Shown here: positions 1 through 8,930 of the stretch, piece after piece
Layout of the letters: each line of letters opens with the position of its first letter
Numbering within the stretch: the stretch's first letter is position 1
Source: Candidatus Eiseniibacteriota bacterium
Lineage (GTDB): Bacteria > Eisenbacteria > RBG-16-71-46 > SZUA-252
Assembly: GCA_041486775.1 (NCBI GenBank)
Contig: JBGPMB010000001.1
Coordinates: 1,505-65,504, forward strand
DNA length: 64,000 nucleotides
Direction: 5' to 3'
Notes under the pieces: model-generated
Seen by the model: the letters and a program-made list of their open reading frames with translations, nothing else
What the model was told of the DNA's origin: nothing
The model's database searches: none
Position numbers and translations under genes: made by a program

Positions 1-1
1 C

Positions 2-1303
2 AATGCGGGCCGCTATTTCCGGACGGTTCGCCTCGCGCCTGAGATCACGCCGCAGCATCTCCTTAATCTCGTGGGGGACAGCCGCGAAGCGATCGACATC
101 CCGCGCGAGGAGGAGGAGCACTACTCGAGGCTCATCCGCGAAGCCTTGGCGCTCTTCGGCGCGCATCATTACCGCGAGTACCACTTCCTCTACACGCTGA
201 GCGACCACGTGCCCTATTTCGGGCTGGAGCACCACGAGTCCAGCGACGACCGCGGTCCGGAGCGCTCGTTGATCGACGCGGACCAGGAGCTCCGCATGGC
301 CGACCTCCTGTCGCACGAGTTCGCGCATTCCTGGAACGGCAAGTACCGGCGTCCCGCCGACCTGACGACGCCGAACTACGAGGCGCCGATGCAGACGGAC
401 CTGCTCTGGGTCTATGAGGGGCTGACCCAGTATCTGGGCTGGATCCTCGCCGCGCGCAGCGGGCTCCTGAACCCGGAGCAGGCGCGCGCCTACCTCGCGG
501 AAACCGCCGCCTACCAGGACAAGGAGCCGGGGAGGGCGTGGAGACCGCTTCTCGACACCGCGATCTCAGCCCAGTTCCTCTATGAAAGCGACTGGGCGTG
601 GACCGGCTGGCGACGAAGCGTCGATTTCTACGACGAGAGCCTCCTCTTCTGGCTCGAGGCGGACGCGATCATTCGCTCGGAGAGCAAGGGCCAACGATCC
701 CTCGACGATTTCTGCCGCCGGTTTCATGGCGGCGCGAGCGGGCCGCCGATGGTGAAGCCGTACACGTTCGACGACGTCGTGGCGGCGATGAACGAAGTCC
801 AGCCCTACGACTGGCGGGGATTCTTCAAGGAGCGGGTCGATGCCGTGCAGGCGCGCGCGCCTCTGGGAGGGATCACGCGGGGAGGGTGGAAGCTCACGTA
901 CGCCGATTCCGCTTCCGCCTATCACTCGAGCCTCGAAAAAGCGCGGAAGCGCTTCGATTTCAGGTACTCGCTCGGCCTCTTTCTCGACGACCAGGGAGTG
1001 GTCGTGGATGCCTGGCCCAAGACCCCGGCCGCCCTGGCCGGGATCTCACCCGGGGTGAAGCTGATCGCGGTGAACGGCAGGCAGTGGACGGAAGACGTCA
1101 TGCACGAGGCGATCCGCGCGGCCGCGCGTTCCCGCGCTCCGATCGAAATCCTGGCCAAGAACGGGGAGTTCTACGCGACGTACAAGATCGACTACCGGGG
1201 GGGAGAGCGTTACCCGAAGCTCGTGCGCGTCGAAGGCTCGCCGGATCTCCTGGATCAAGACCTGGCACCCAGGGTCCCGCCCGGGGGCGAGACGAAGCAT
1301 TAG
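2..1303 (+). CDS. M61 family zinc metallopeptidase (glycyl-aminopeptidase-like) with C-terminal PDZ-like domain. The 5' end lies outside the window.
   Basis: HEFAHSWNG (HExxH) zinc motif at about residue 80 of the visible part. M61 proteins are about 600 aa with the motif near residue 260, so the N-terminus is upstream of position 1. The frame is open to the window edge. C-terminal GISPGVKLIAVNG is PDZ-like. Confidence 0.8.
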   Translation, partial: NAGRYFRTVRLAPEITPQHLLNLVGDSREAIDIPREEEEHYSRLIREALALFGAHHYREYHFLYTLSDHVPYFGLEHHESSDDRGPERSLIDADQELRMADLLSHEFAHSWNGKYRRPADLTTPNYEAPMQTDLLWVYEGLTQYLGWILAARSGLLNPEQARAYLAETAAYQDKEPGRAWRPLLDTAISAQFLYESDWAWTGWRRSVDFYDESLLFWLEADAIIRSESKGQRSLDDFCRRFHGGASGPPMVKPYTFDDVVAAMNEVQPYDWRGFFKERVDAVQARAPLGGITRGGWKLTYADSASAYHSSLEKARKRFDFRYSLGLFLDDQGVVVDAWPKTPAALAGISPGVKLIAVNGRQWTEDVMHEAIRAAARSRAPIEILAKNGEFYATYKIDYRGGERYPKLVRVEGSPDLLDQDLAPRVPPGGETKH

Positions 1304-2043
1304 GGAGCGTGGATTCTCCGCCGCGCGAAGTCCACGGCCTTCCGTGCGGTCCAGAAGCCCAGCGCCGCGCCCGCCACGACGTCGCTCGACCAGTGCTCGC
1401 CGTCGCGCATCCGAGACCAACCCACCAGACCCGCCAGCGGATAGACCACGTAGGGGACCCACCGGGCCGAAGTCTCCTTGTCGATGGCGGCGGCGATCCC
1501 GAAGGCGAGCGCCGTGTGTCCCGAGGGAAACGAGGCGTTTCCCGAGAACGGACGGACCACGCCCGGGTCGCCCGGTGTCTGGTACGGCCGCGCCCGGCCC
1601 ACCGCGAGCTTCACCACGCTGACCGCGACGGATGCGGCGACGGCGCCTTCGGCGATTCTCACCAGGGAAGCGGCGCGATCGGAACGATGCTCGAAGGCGT
1701 CCGCGGCGCGAACCACGAGGAACGCGGGGACCAGGTAGAGCGGGTTCCCGAGTCGCTCGCCGGCGTGCGACGCGCCCACCGCGAAGGCCCCGTTGTTCTC
1801 CGGCGCCTCCTCGGCGGCCCAATGGTCCAGGCGCGTCGCGAGCGCGACCGAGGTCACGGTGGCGGCCGCGAACCAGGCGTCGCCGCGCGTGAAGAGCGGA
1901 TGGCCGGATGCCGCGCCGGCGGACCACGTGTCGGGGGACCGTGGGAGTGCCGCGGTGGAGTCGGAGGGGTTCGCCGAAGCCTGCGTGGCGGAGCACACGC
2001 AGGCGAGGGCGAGGATCGGAAGAACGGACCGGAGTCGGCGCAC
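1300..2043 (-). CDS. PAP2 family (acid phosphatase / lipid phosphatase) protein, secreted
   Basis: The three PAP2 signature motifs are present: KLAVGRARP, PSGHT and SRMRDGEHWSSDVVAGA. There is an N-terminal signal peptide (ILALACVCSA). The gene lies 35 nt downstream of the feoB-associated gene on the same strand. Confidence 0.85.
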   Translation of the reverse strand: MRRLRSVLPILALACVCSATQASANPSDSTAALPRSPDTWSAGAASGHPLFTRGDAWFAAATVTSVALATRLDHWAAEEAPENNGAFAVGASHAGERLGNPLYLVPAFLVVRAADAFEHRSDRAASLVRIAEGAVAASVAVSVVKLAVGRARPYQTPGDPGVVRPFSGNASFPSGHTALAFGIAAAIDKETSARWVPYVVYPLAGLVGWSRMRDGEHWSSDVVAGAALGFWTARKAVDFARRRIHAP

Positions 2044-2077
2044 GCTCCTGGAACCCCGCGGAGCGGGATCCTGCTCC

Positions 2078-2257
2078 CTAGGAATCGGGATTCGCCTTCG
2101 CGGGGCGCTGCCCCATCCGCGAGTGCACCATCGCCGCGCAGCTGTCGCACCCCTTCCGGGTGCGCCGCTTGACGAGCCAGCGGCGGAAGAGCCAGGCGAC
2201 TGCCGCCAGGGCGGCGAGCGCTACGATCAGGTCCTGCTGCCAGCCCGGCATCCTCAT
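2078..2257 (-). CDS. FeoB-associated Cys-rich small membrane protein
   Basis: A 59-aa protein, MRMPGWQQDLIVALAALAAVAWLFRRWLVKRRTRKGCDSC..., with one TM helix, a basic stretch and a GCxxC motif. Its ATG overlaps the feoB TGA (ATGA), which suggests translational coupling. I shortened the ORF-track entry 2078..2401 to this internal start. Confidence 0.6.
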   Translation of the reverse strand: MRMPGWQQDLIVALAALAAVAWLFRRWLVKRRTRKGCDSCAAMVHSRMGQRPAKANPDS

Positions 2258-4497
2258 CCGAGCCCCAGCGCTTTCCCGCCCTGGAAGACCGCGAAGGAAG
2301 CGACCCAGGCGAGCGCGTTCATCATCAGCACCATGAAGATGGGCCAGCGCCAGGAGTTCGTCTCCCGGCGCACGACCGCGACTGTGGACATGCACTGGCA
2401 CGCCAGCACGAAGAACACCATGAGGCTCACCGCCATGAGCGGCGAATACGCCCGCTCTCCCGTCCGCGGATTCTCCGCGTGGCGGAGCTTCTCCCGGAGT
2501 GATACCGAGGTCTGGTCGGCGTCCCCGAGGTTGTAGACCGTCGCCATGGTGGAGACCATGACTTCACGGGCGGCGAAGGAGGAGAGAAGCGCGATCCCGA
2601 TCTTCCAGTCGAATCCCAGCGGCGCGATGGCGGGCTCGATGAGACGTCCCGCGCGGCCGGCGAAGGAGTCGCGGAGTGAAACGCCGGCGATCTCGTTCCG
2701 GAGCTGTACTACCTCGGCTCCCTGTGCGTTCGCGGCGCCCCGTTCCACCGCCTCGAGCCGCTTCTCCAACGGCTTCACCTCCGCGGTCTTCGGGTAGGAC
2801 GCCAGGAACCAGAGCACAATCGAGACCGCGAGGATTACCGTCCCGGCCTTCTGCACGAAGAGCCCCGCGCGGTCCCGAACGGTGAGGAGCACGGAACGCC
2901 ATGAGGGCACACGGTAGGGAGGCAGCTCCATCACGTAGAGCGGTCGGGGCCCCCGCAGCGCCGTGCGCTTCAAGACCCACGCCACGAGCACCGCCGCCAG
3001 GATTCCCATCATGTAGAGCGAGAAGAGCACGAGACCCGGGAGGCTCAGGAAGCCGAAGACCATTCTGTTCGGGATGAAGGCGCCGATCAGGAGCGCGTAC
3101 ACGGGCAGCCTCGCGCTGCAGGACATGAAGGGCGCGATGAGGATGGTGGTGAGCCGGTCGCGACGGTTGTCGATGGTTCGGGTCGCCATGATCCCCGGGA
3201 TCGCGCACGCGAAGGACGAGAGGAGCGGGATGAAGGCGCGCCCCGACAACCCGACGCCGCGCATGAGGCGGTCCATGATGAAGGCCGCCCGGGCCAGGTA
3301 TCCCGAGTCCTCCATCAAGGCGATGAAGAGGAAGAGGATCGCGATCTGGGGCACGAACGTCACCACGGCGCCGACCCCCGCGATCGCCCCGTCCACGACG
3401 AGCGACCGGATGGGCCCCGCCGGCAGCAGGGGCGCTAAGGCGCGGCCCAGCGCGGAAACGCCGGCGTCGATGGCGTTCATGATCGGGGTCGCCCAGAGGA
3501 ACATGGACTGGAAGATCACGGCCATCAACGCGGCGAAGAGGATCGGGCCCAGGATCCGGTGCGTGAGCACGCGGTCGATGCGCTCGCGCACCGAGGTCTC
3601 GGGCTTGAGCCGGAGCGTGGAGCGCCGGATCAAGTCCTCGATGGTCCGGTAATGGCCGATCGGCTCGTGCGAGCGCCACTCGGGGATCTCCCGGTCGAGG
3701 CGCGCGCGAAGGGCCAGGACGTCGCGGCGAACGGGCTGCGGCACCGCGCGCATGAGCGAGTCGTCCTCCCCCTCGTCCAGGAGGAGCGCCATGGCGACAT
3801 GGAAGCGGCTCAAGCTCGCCAGCGGTCCGCCGCCGGGAAGCACCCGCGCGAGATTCTCCACGGCGGCGCGCATCGGCTCCGGAAGGGTGCGCGTCACCGC
3901 GCGCGGGGGCGCGACCTCCCGGTCCATCGCGAGGAGCAGCTCGTGCATCCCGCTTCCGGTGCGCGCGGAGATGGGAACCACCGGCGCGCCGAACGCCCGC
4001 TCCAGGAGTGCGGCGTCGACGTCCAGCCCTTCATTCTTCGCCGTGTCCATCATGTTGAGGGCGATCACCACCGGCCGGCCGATCTCGATCAACTGCATGC
4101 AGAGGTAGAGCTGCCGATCCAGGCAGGTGGAATCCAGGACGAGCAGCGTGAGGTCGGGGAGCGGTGTGGAGGCCTGCACGCCCAGGAGAACGTCCCGCAC
4201 CACGACCTCGTCGGGGGAGCCGGGGCGGAGGCTGTACGTGCCCGGGAGGTCGAGCACTTCCACCGTTCGGCCCGAGGGAAGCGGCACGAAACCCGCCTTC
4301 TTCTCCACGGTCACGCCCGGATAGTTGGCGACCTTCTGCCTCAACCCGGTGAGCTTGTTGAAGAGGGTGGATTTCCCGCAGTTGGGCCCGCCGGCGATCG
4401 CGACCAGCTTGCGCCGGGTGCGGCGTCCCGGTTCCGGGTGGCGTTCCGCGTCCTTCAGAGAGGGCTGGGCGGTCGCCAGATCAGATGGGATCGACAT
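2254..4497 (-). CDS. feoB: Ferrous iron transporter FeoB (N-terminal GTPase plus permease domain)
   Basis: It has a G-protein P-loop (GGPNCGKSTLFNKLTG) and DxxG (VLDLPGTYSL), followed by a multi-TM core of about 450 aa, for 747 aa in total. It sits in an operon with feoA. Confidence 0.95.
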   Translation of the reverse strand: MSIPSDLATAQPSLKDAERHPEPGRRTRRKLVAIAGGPNCGKSTLFNKLTGLRQKVANYPGVTVEKKAGFVPLPSGRTVEVLDLPGTYSLRPGSPDEVVVRDVLLGVQASTPLPDLTLLVLDSTCLDRQLYLCMQLIEIGRPVVIALNMMDTAKNEGLDVDAALLERAFGAPVVPISARTGSGMHELLLAMDREVAPPRAVTRTLPEPMRAAVENLARVLPGGGPLASLSRFHVAMALLLDEGEDDSLMRAVPQPVRRDVLALRARLDREIPEWRSHEPIGHYRTIEDLIRRSTLRLKPETSVRERIDRVLTHRILGPILFAALMAVIFQSMFLWATPIMNAIDAGVSALGRALAPLLPAGPIRSLVVDGAIAGVGAVVTFVPQIAILFLFIALMEDSGYLARAAFIMDRLMRGVGLSGRAFIPLLSSFACAIPGIMATRTIDNRRDRLTTILIAPFMSCSARLPVYALLIGAFIPNRMVFGFLSLPGLVLFSLYMMGILAAVLVAWVLKRTALRGPRPLYVMELPPYRVPSWRSVLLTVRDRAGLFVQKAGTVILAVSIVLWFLASYPKTAEVKPLEKRLEAVERGAANAQGAEVVQLRNEIAGVSLRDSFAGRAGRLIEPAIAPLGFDWKIGIALLSSFAAREVMVSTMATVYNLGDADQTSVSLREKLRHAENPRTGERAYSPLMAVSLMVFFVLACQCMSTVAVVRRETNSWRWPIFMVLMMNALAWVASFAVFQGGKALGLG

Positions 4498-4738
4498 CGA
4501 TGCGGTCCGCCTCCGAGCTCCGGATGGAGAAATGGGTGCCGCGAAGCCGGAGCTCGATCGGGTCGCCCATCGGGGCGCGCCGCACGAGCGTGACCGTCGT
4601 TCCTGGAACGAAGCCGAGCTCCATGAGACGGTGGAGAAGCTCCGGCTCGCCGCCCACCCGACGGACGACGGCGCGGGTTCCCGCTTTGAGCTCGCCCAGC
4701 TTCCGGGTTCGCCGCTCGGTGCGGCCGCGCGGGGTCAT
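4481..4738 (-). CDS. feoA: FeoA family protein (SH3-like)
   Basis: An 85-aa protein with the FeoA pattern L..L..G.......TTVTLVRRAPMGDPIELRLRGTHFSIRSSEADRIDV. Its ATG overlaps the stop of the DtxR-like gene (ATGA). Confidence 0.85.
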   Translation of the reverse strand: MTPRGRTERRTRKLGELKAGTRAVVRRVGGEPELLHRLMELGFVPGTTVTLVRRAPMGDPIELRLRGTHFSIRSSEADRIDVDPI

Positions 4739-5310
4739 TCGGCCACTCCTTCCCCGAACTTACCGGCGAGCCCCGGAAAGGTTTCCGCGAGGCAGCGCCC
4801 GCTCTTGCACACCGGGCACTCCTTGGAGGTCTGCTTGCTCGCGCACCGGTGCTGGTAGGCGCGGAAGGCGTCGCGGAAGCGCTCGGCCGTGGGATCGTCG
4901 GATCCGATGAACGCGGTCAGGCGAAGGAACTGGATCATCGACTCGGGCCCGACCAAATGCTCGATCATGCACGCGTCCTCGTAGGCGATCTCCTCGGGGA
5001 CGCGAAGGATGTGGGTGAAGAACATCGTGAGGACCTGGCGGTTGCCCTCGGTTTGGCGAGCGAGACGCCGTCCATCCTCCGTCAGCTCGACGCATCCATA
5101 GGGCTCGTGGGTCACCAGTCCGCGCGAGGAAAGCGAGCGGAGCATGCCCGTGACGCCGCTCTTGGATACCCCCAGGCGATCGGCGATATCACCGACCCGG
5201 GCGTGTCCTTTTTCCTCCTTGAGGCCGGCCACCGCCTGGAGATAGTGGGCCATGGAGTGCGTCAACTCTTTGCCGCTGAATCGTTTCCAGATCTCCATCG
5301 ACGCCTCCAC
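4735..5310 (-). CDS. DtxR/IdeR/MntR-family metal-dependent transcriptional repressor with a C-terminal Cys-rich tail
   Basis: The HTH and metal-site region (HYLQAVAGL...ARVGDIADRLGVSKSGVTGMLRSLSSRGLV) and the dimerisation region match the DtxR family. The C-terminus (HRCASKQTSKECPVCKSGRC) replaces the usual SH3-like domain. Start is GTG at 5310; an alternative ATG lies 4 codons in. Confidence 0.85.
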   Translation of the reverse strand: MEASMEIWKRFSGKELTHSMAHYLQAVAGLKEEKGHARVGDIADRLGVSKSGVTGMLRSLSSRGLVTHEPYGCVELTEDGRRLARQTEGNRQVLTMFFTHILRVPEEIAYEDACMIEHLVGPESMIQFLRLTAFIGSDDPTAERFRDAFRAYQHRCASKQTSKECPVCKSGRCLAETFPGLAGKFGEGVAE

Positions 5311-5321
5311 GAACCGGACAC

Positions 5322-5348
5322 AGCATGCTGAATAAAGTTCAGTATGCT
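5322..5348. promoter_or_regulatory. Imperfect palindrome in an AT-rich island upstream of the DtxR-family gene; candidate metalloregulator operator
   Basis: AGCATGCTGAATAAAGTTCAGTATGCT has arms AGCAT-n-CTGAA / TTCAG-n-ATGCT. It lies 12-40 nt upstream of the regulator start, in the only AT-rich stretch of the 5311-5400 promoter region. Confidence 0.35.
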
Positions 5349-5403
5349 TAAATATCGGCTACGGGGAAGCAATGTCAAGGGAGACTTGAGTACCACGTGG
5401 CCT

Positions 5404-5688
5404 TTACCTGTGCTCCAGGTAATACAGCGCGCCGAACGCGAGTCCCAGGAGGATGAAGGGAAGCGCCAAGCGTCGCGCGCATCGCCAGGGCTTCGTCCAA
5501 TCCGCCGTCGCGAGGAAGACCAGGAGCGTCGGCGCCATCGCCGCGATGGAGAGCTGGAAGATGTGCGCGCCCGTGCCTTCGTCCGGCTGGGGCGGCTGGT
5601 TGTATCCGATGAGTATCGGACTCAGCGCCATGAGAGGTAAGACGATGAGGACCCTGCCGGCGACGCGATTGACTTGCTGCGTGGTCAC
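5404..5688 (-). CDS. Hypothetical small membrane protein
   Basis: 94 aa with 2-3 hydrophobic helices. It overlaps the end of the upstream gene by 4 nt. It is called only from the ORF and its operon context. Confidence 0.4.
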   Translation of the reverse strand: MTTQQVNRVAGRVLIVLPLMALSPILIGYNQPPQPDEGTGAHIFQLSIAAMAPTLLVFLATADWTKPWRCARRLALPFILLGLAFGALYYLEHR

Positions 5689-6392
5689 AACCCGAACCAG
5701 ATCTTGCGGTGAAAGGGGCTCAGCTCGTGCCCGATCAGGAACGAGGATTCCGGGTCCGCGTTTCCCACGAAGAGCCGGGCTCCGCTCACGTCCTCGGGGA
5801 GATCGAAGACCAGCTCCGTGAGATAGGACTCGCCGGGAACGAGCGGGCGGGAGAGCGGCGTCGACGGGACGCCCGCGTCCCCGAGGGCGCGCGCGCCCGC
5901 CGGCGAGAGCTCGAAGCGCCGGCCGGTGGCATCCACGATGTAGACCTGCCGCGGATTCGGGTAGAGCGGCGCGTCTTTCGGGCGCATCGGCGAGATGGTG
6001 CTCTCGTCGAACCAGGTCTTCAGCGAGATGACGTAGAAGGTCCCGGCCGCGCGCACGGGCCGCGCGTGGTTTCCGAGCGTTTTCGACGTGACGACGCGCT
6101 CCACCGAATACGCCAGGTGGCAGTCGATCTCGCAGAAGTACTTCTTCGCGCCGTGGGGGAGGACCCGCTCCTGGCTCGTGAGTGAGGCGCCGAGGAGCAG
6201 TGTCGCGTATCCTGCCGGGATCGCGAGCAGGGCGATGGCCGCCCCGAGGCGGACCCTCGCGTGATTCCGGGCGACGCCGTAGACGAGGACCGCCGCGGAC
6301 AGCATCCCGGCCAGGATGGAGCCGAGGAACAAGAGGACGACGATCGGAGCGTACGAGGGCATGAGCACCATGAGAAGCACTTTATGATACAA
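5685..6392 (-). CDS. Hypothetical membrane-anchored protein (N-terminal TM helices plus soluble domain with a CxxxC motif)
   Basis: 235 aa, with an N-terminal hydrophobic segment and a YFCEIDCH motif. It is divergent from the TauE gene. I could not recognise a family by eye. Confidence 0.5.
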   Translation of the reverse strand: MYHKVLLMVLMPSYAPIVVLLFLGSILAGMLSAAVLVYGVARNHARVRLGAAIALLAIPAGYATLLLGASLTSQERVLPHGAKKYFCEIDCHLAYSVERVVTSKTLGNHARPVRAAGTFYVISLKTWFDESTISPMRPKDAPLYPNPRQVYIVDATGRRFELSPAGARALGDAGVPSTPLSRPLVPGESYLTELVFDLPEDVSGARLFVGNADPESSFLIGHELSPFHRKIWFGL

Positions 6393-6424
6393 AGTTCATC
6401 CTGTCAAGCCCCTCTCGTAGGCGC

Positions 6425-7195
6425 GTGCACCCCTTAGCGCTTCCGACCCTCCTCGTCCTGATCGCCGCCGCCTTCTTCGCGGGCGCGGTGGACGCCGTCG
6501 GAGGGGGCGGGGGTCTCATCATGGTCCCGGCCCTGCTCGCGGCCGGGCTCCCGCCGCACCTGGCTCTCGGTACCAACAAAGGGCAATCCATATTCGGGTC
6601 CATGGCGGCGACGGTCCGCTTCGCGCGCGGGGGACTGGTGGACGGGCGCATCGCGCGAGTCACGTTTCCGGCGGCATTCGTGGGCGCCCTGGCCGGATCG
6701 GCGCTCGTGCTGGTACTGAAGCCCGAGGTGCTGCGCCCGCTCGTGCTCGTTCTCCTCGTGGCGGCGGCCGTTCTCGTCACCGTCATGAGGCCGCGATCGA
6801 AGGAGGACTCTCGAGGCCCGAGGGCGGGTGCTATGCGGATCGCGGGCTCGATCGCCCTTCTCGTGGGGGTCTACGACGGGTTCTTCGGCCCGGGATCGGG
6901 GACCTTCTACATCGCCGGATTCGTGGGGCTCCTGGGGCTCTCGATGGCGCGCGCCAGCGCGGACGCCAAGGTGGCCAACTTCGCCTCGAACCTCGCGGCC
7001 ATGGTGCTCTTCGCGCACCGCGGCGTCATCGTGTGGGCGATCGCGCTCCCGCTGGCGGGAGGCCAGATCCTGGGAGGCTTTCTCGGCGCGCACTTCACCG
7101 TGCGTCGAGGTGACCCGCTCGTGCGCGTGGTGGTCTTGGCCGTCGTGCTCGCGCTCGTGATCAAGGTCGGGCGCGATCTCTACCTGGCGCGGTAG
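6425..7195 (+). CDS. TauE/SafE (DUF81) family sulfite/anion exporter-like membrane protein
   Basis: A two-fold repeated 4-TM architecture with the glycine-rich motifs (GGGGGLIMVPALL and GFFGPGSGTFYIAGF) typical of TauE/SafE. Confidence 0.85.
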   Translation: MHPLALPTLLVLIAAAFFAGAVDAVGGGGGLIMVPALLAAGLPPHLALGTNKGQSIFGSMAATVRFARGGLVDGRIARVTFPAAFVGALAGSALVLVLKPEVLRPLVLVLLVAAAVLVTVMRPRSKEDSRGPRAGAMRIAGSIALLVGVYDGFFGPGSGTFYIAGFVGLLGLSMARASADAKVANFASNLAAMVLFAHRGVIVWAIALPLAGGQILGGFLGAHFTVRRGDPLVRVVVLAVVLALVIKVGRDLYLAR

Positions 7196-7220
7196 CTGGA
7201 CCGCTCCGCGGAGGGAATCC

Positions 7221-8891
7221 GTGCCTGGCACGCCTGAGCCGTTTCTCGCGGGACGCCGCGGACTGAGGCTCCTCTTGCTCGGAGGCGTCACCGTTCTCAC
7301 GCTTCTTCCGTTCACCGGAAAAGCGTTCCACATCGACGATCCGATGTACATCTGGGCGGCCAAGCAGATCCAGAGCAAGCCGCTCGACCCGTACGGGCTG
7401 GAGGTCAACTGGTACGGGTTTCCGATGCGGATGTCGGACGCCAACAAGAATCCGCCCCTGGCCTCCTTCTACATCGCGGGGACCGCCCGGGTGTTCGGCT
7501 GGGGGGAGCGAGCCCTGCACTTCGCGTTTCTCGCCCCAGCCGTCATCGTCGTCCTCGGAACGTACCTGCTCGCGGAGCGCCTGTGCCGGCGGCCGCTCCT
7601 CGCGGCCTTCTGCACGCTCTTCACGCCGGTATTTCTCGTTTCCAGCACCAACGTGATGTCGGACATCCCGATGCTCGCCTTCTGGGTGCTCGCGGCGTAC
7701 TTGTGGCTCGCGGGGTTGGAGCGCAGGTGCGCATGGCGCCTGCTCGCCTCGGCCGTGCTGATGACGCTGAGCGCGTTGTCGAAGTACTACGGGATGGCCT
7801 TGGTCCCCCTGCTTTTCATCTACACGCTGCTGGAGGAGCGCGGACCGCGATGGACTCTGGCGTATTTCCTCGTGCCCGTCGTTCTTCTCGGCGCCTACCA
7901 ATGGGCCACGCTCTCGTTGTACGGACGCGGTCTCCTCCTCGACGCGGCGTCGTACGCAACCGATCTGCCGTCCCAATGGGGGAAGTGGTCGATCGCGAAG
8001 CTCCTGATCGGTCTCGCCTTCACCGGCGGATGCCTGGGCGCCATCTGGCTCTTCGCGCTCTGGAGATGGTCCCGGTGGGCCTGGCTCGCGGCCGCGGCTG
8101 TGGGCGCGACGGTGATCATCACATCGGCGGTCACTCGCAGCATCGCCGGCAGCGCCATGCATGTCACCGAGGAAAACGTGTGGACCTCCGCGGCGCTCCT
8201 CGGAGTCTTCGCGACAGGCGGGGCCGTCCTGCTCGCGACCGCGGTCGAGGAAGTCGTGAGGCGGCGGGACGCGGACTCTTGGCTGCTCTGCCTCTGGATT
8301 CTCGGGACATTCGTGTTCGCCGCGGTCGTGAACTGGACGACGAGCGGGCGGTCGATTCTCCCCATGGTTCCCGCCGTCGCAATCCTGGTCGCACGGCGGA
8401 TGGAGGCGCCAGGGAGAAAAGAGGCGCAGCATCGGCTCGGAACGATCGCCGTCACATTGTGCTCGGCGTTGCTGGCCGTCGGGGTCGCCCGGGCAGATCT
8501 GACCTACGCCAATAGCGCGCGGGAGGCCGCGCGGAGAATCCATGACAAGTACGCGGGTGGGACGCACGCCGTGCTGTTCGAGGGGCACTGGGGTTTCCAG
8601 TACTACATGGAGGCTCTGGGCGGGAAGGCGGTAAATCTGTCAGCCCCCTCCGCGAAGCCAGGGGACATTGTCGTCGTTCCGGAAAACAACTCGAGCGTCT
8701 ACTGGCCCAAAGAGGCGACGTCGACGCTTGTGGAGACGATGGAGGTTCCGTCCAGCACGTGGATCGCGACGATGCGCACCGAGCTGGGCGCCGGTTTCTA
8801 TGCCGACCAGATCGGCCCACTGCCGTTCGCGGTGGGGAAGGTTCCGCCCGAGCGGTACTACATCTTCAGGGTCGCGCCCGTGAAGAGGTGA
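7221..8891 (+). CDS. GT-C fold glycosyltransferase, family 39/83 (ArnT/PMT-like), paralogue 1
   Basis: Multi-TM protein of 556 aa. The first-loop acidic motif HIDDPMYIWAAKQI aligns with the ArnT/PMT D-E/D-D catalytic loop. Confidence 0.8.
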   Translation: MPGTPEPFLAGRRGLRLLLLGGVTVLTLLPFTGKAFHIDDPMYIWAAKQIQSKPLDPYGLEVNWYGFPMRMSDANKNPPLASFYIAGTARVFGWGERALHFAFLAPAVIVVLGTYLLAERLCRRPLLAAFCTLFTPVFLVSSTNVMSDIPMLAFWVLAAYLWLAGLERRCAWRLLASAVLMTLSALSKYYGMALVPLLFIYTLLEERGPRWTLAYFLVPVVLLGAYQWATLSLYGRGLLLDAASYATDLPSQWGKWSIAKLLIGLAFTGGCLGAIWLFALWRWSRWAWLAAAAVGATVIITSAVTRSIAGSAMHVTEENVWTSAALLGVFATGGAVLLATAVEEVVRRRDADSWLLCLWILGTFVFAAVVNWTTSGRSILPMVPAVAILVARRMEAPGRKEAQHRLGTIAVTLCSALLAVGVARADLTYANSAREAARRIHDKYAGGTHAVLFEGHWGFQYYMEALGGKAVNLSAPSAKPGDIVVVPENNSSVYWPKEATSTLVETMEVPSSTWIATMRTELGAGFYADQIGPLPFAVGKVPPERYYIFRVAPVKR

Positions 8892-8930
8892 GGGCACGAT
8901 GCCGCCGAAACTCTGCTAGCATCCTGCGCC

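Noticed and set aside
598-2172. 524-aa Arg/Gly/Pro-rich plus-strand ORF
   Set aside because: Its composition is low-complexity and typical of an out-of-frame reading of high-GC DNA. It overlaps the M61 peptidase and PAP2 genes, which have strong motif support.
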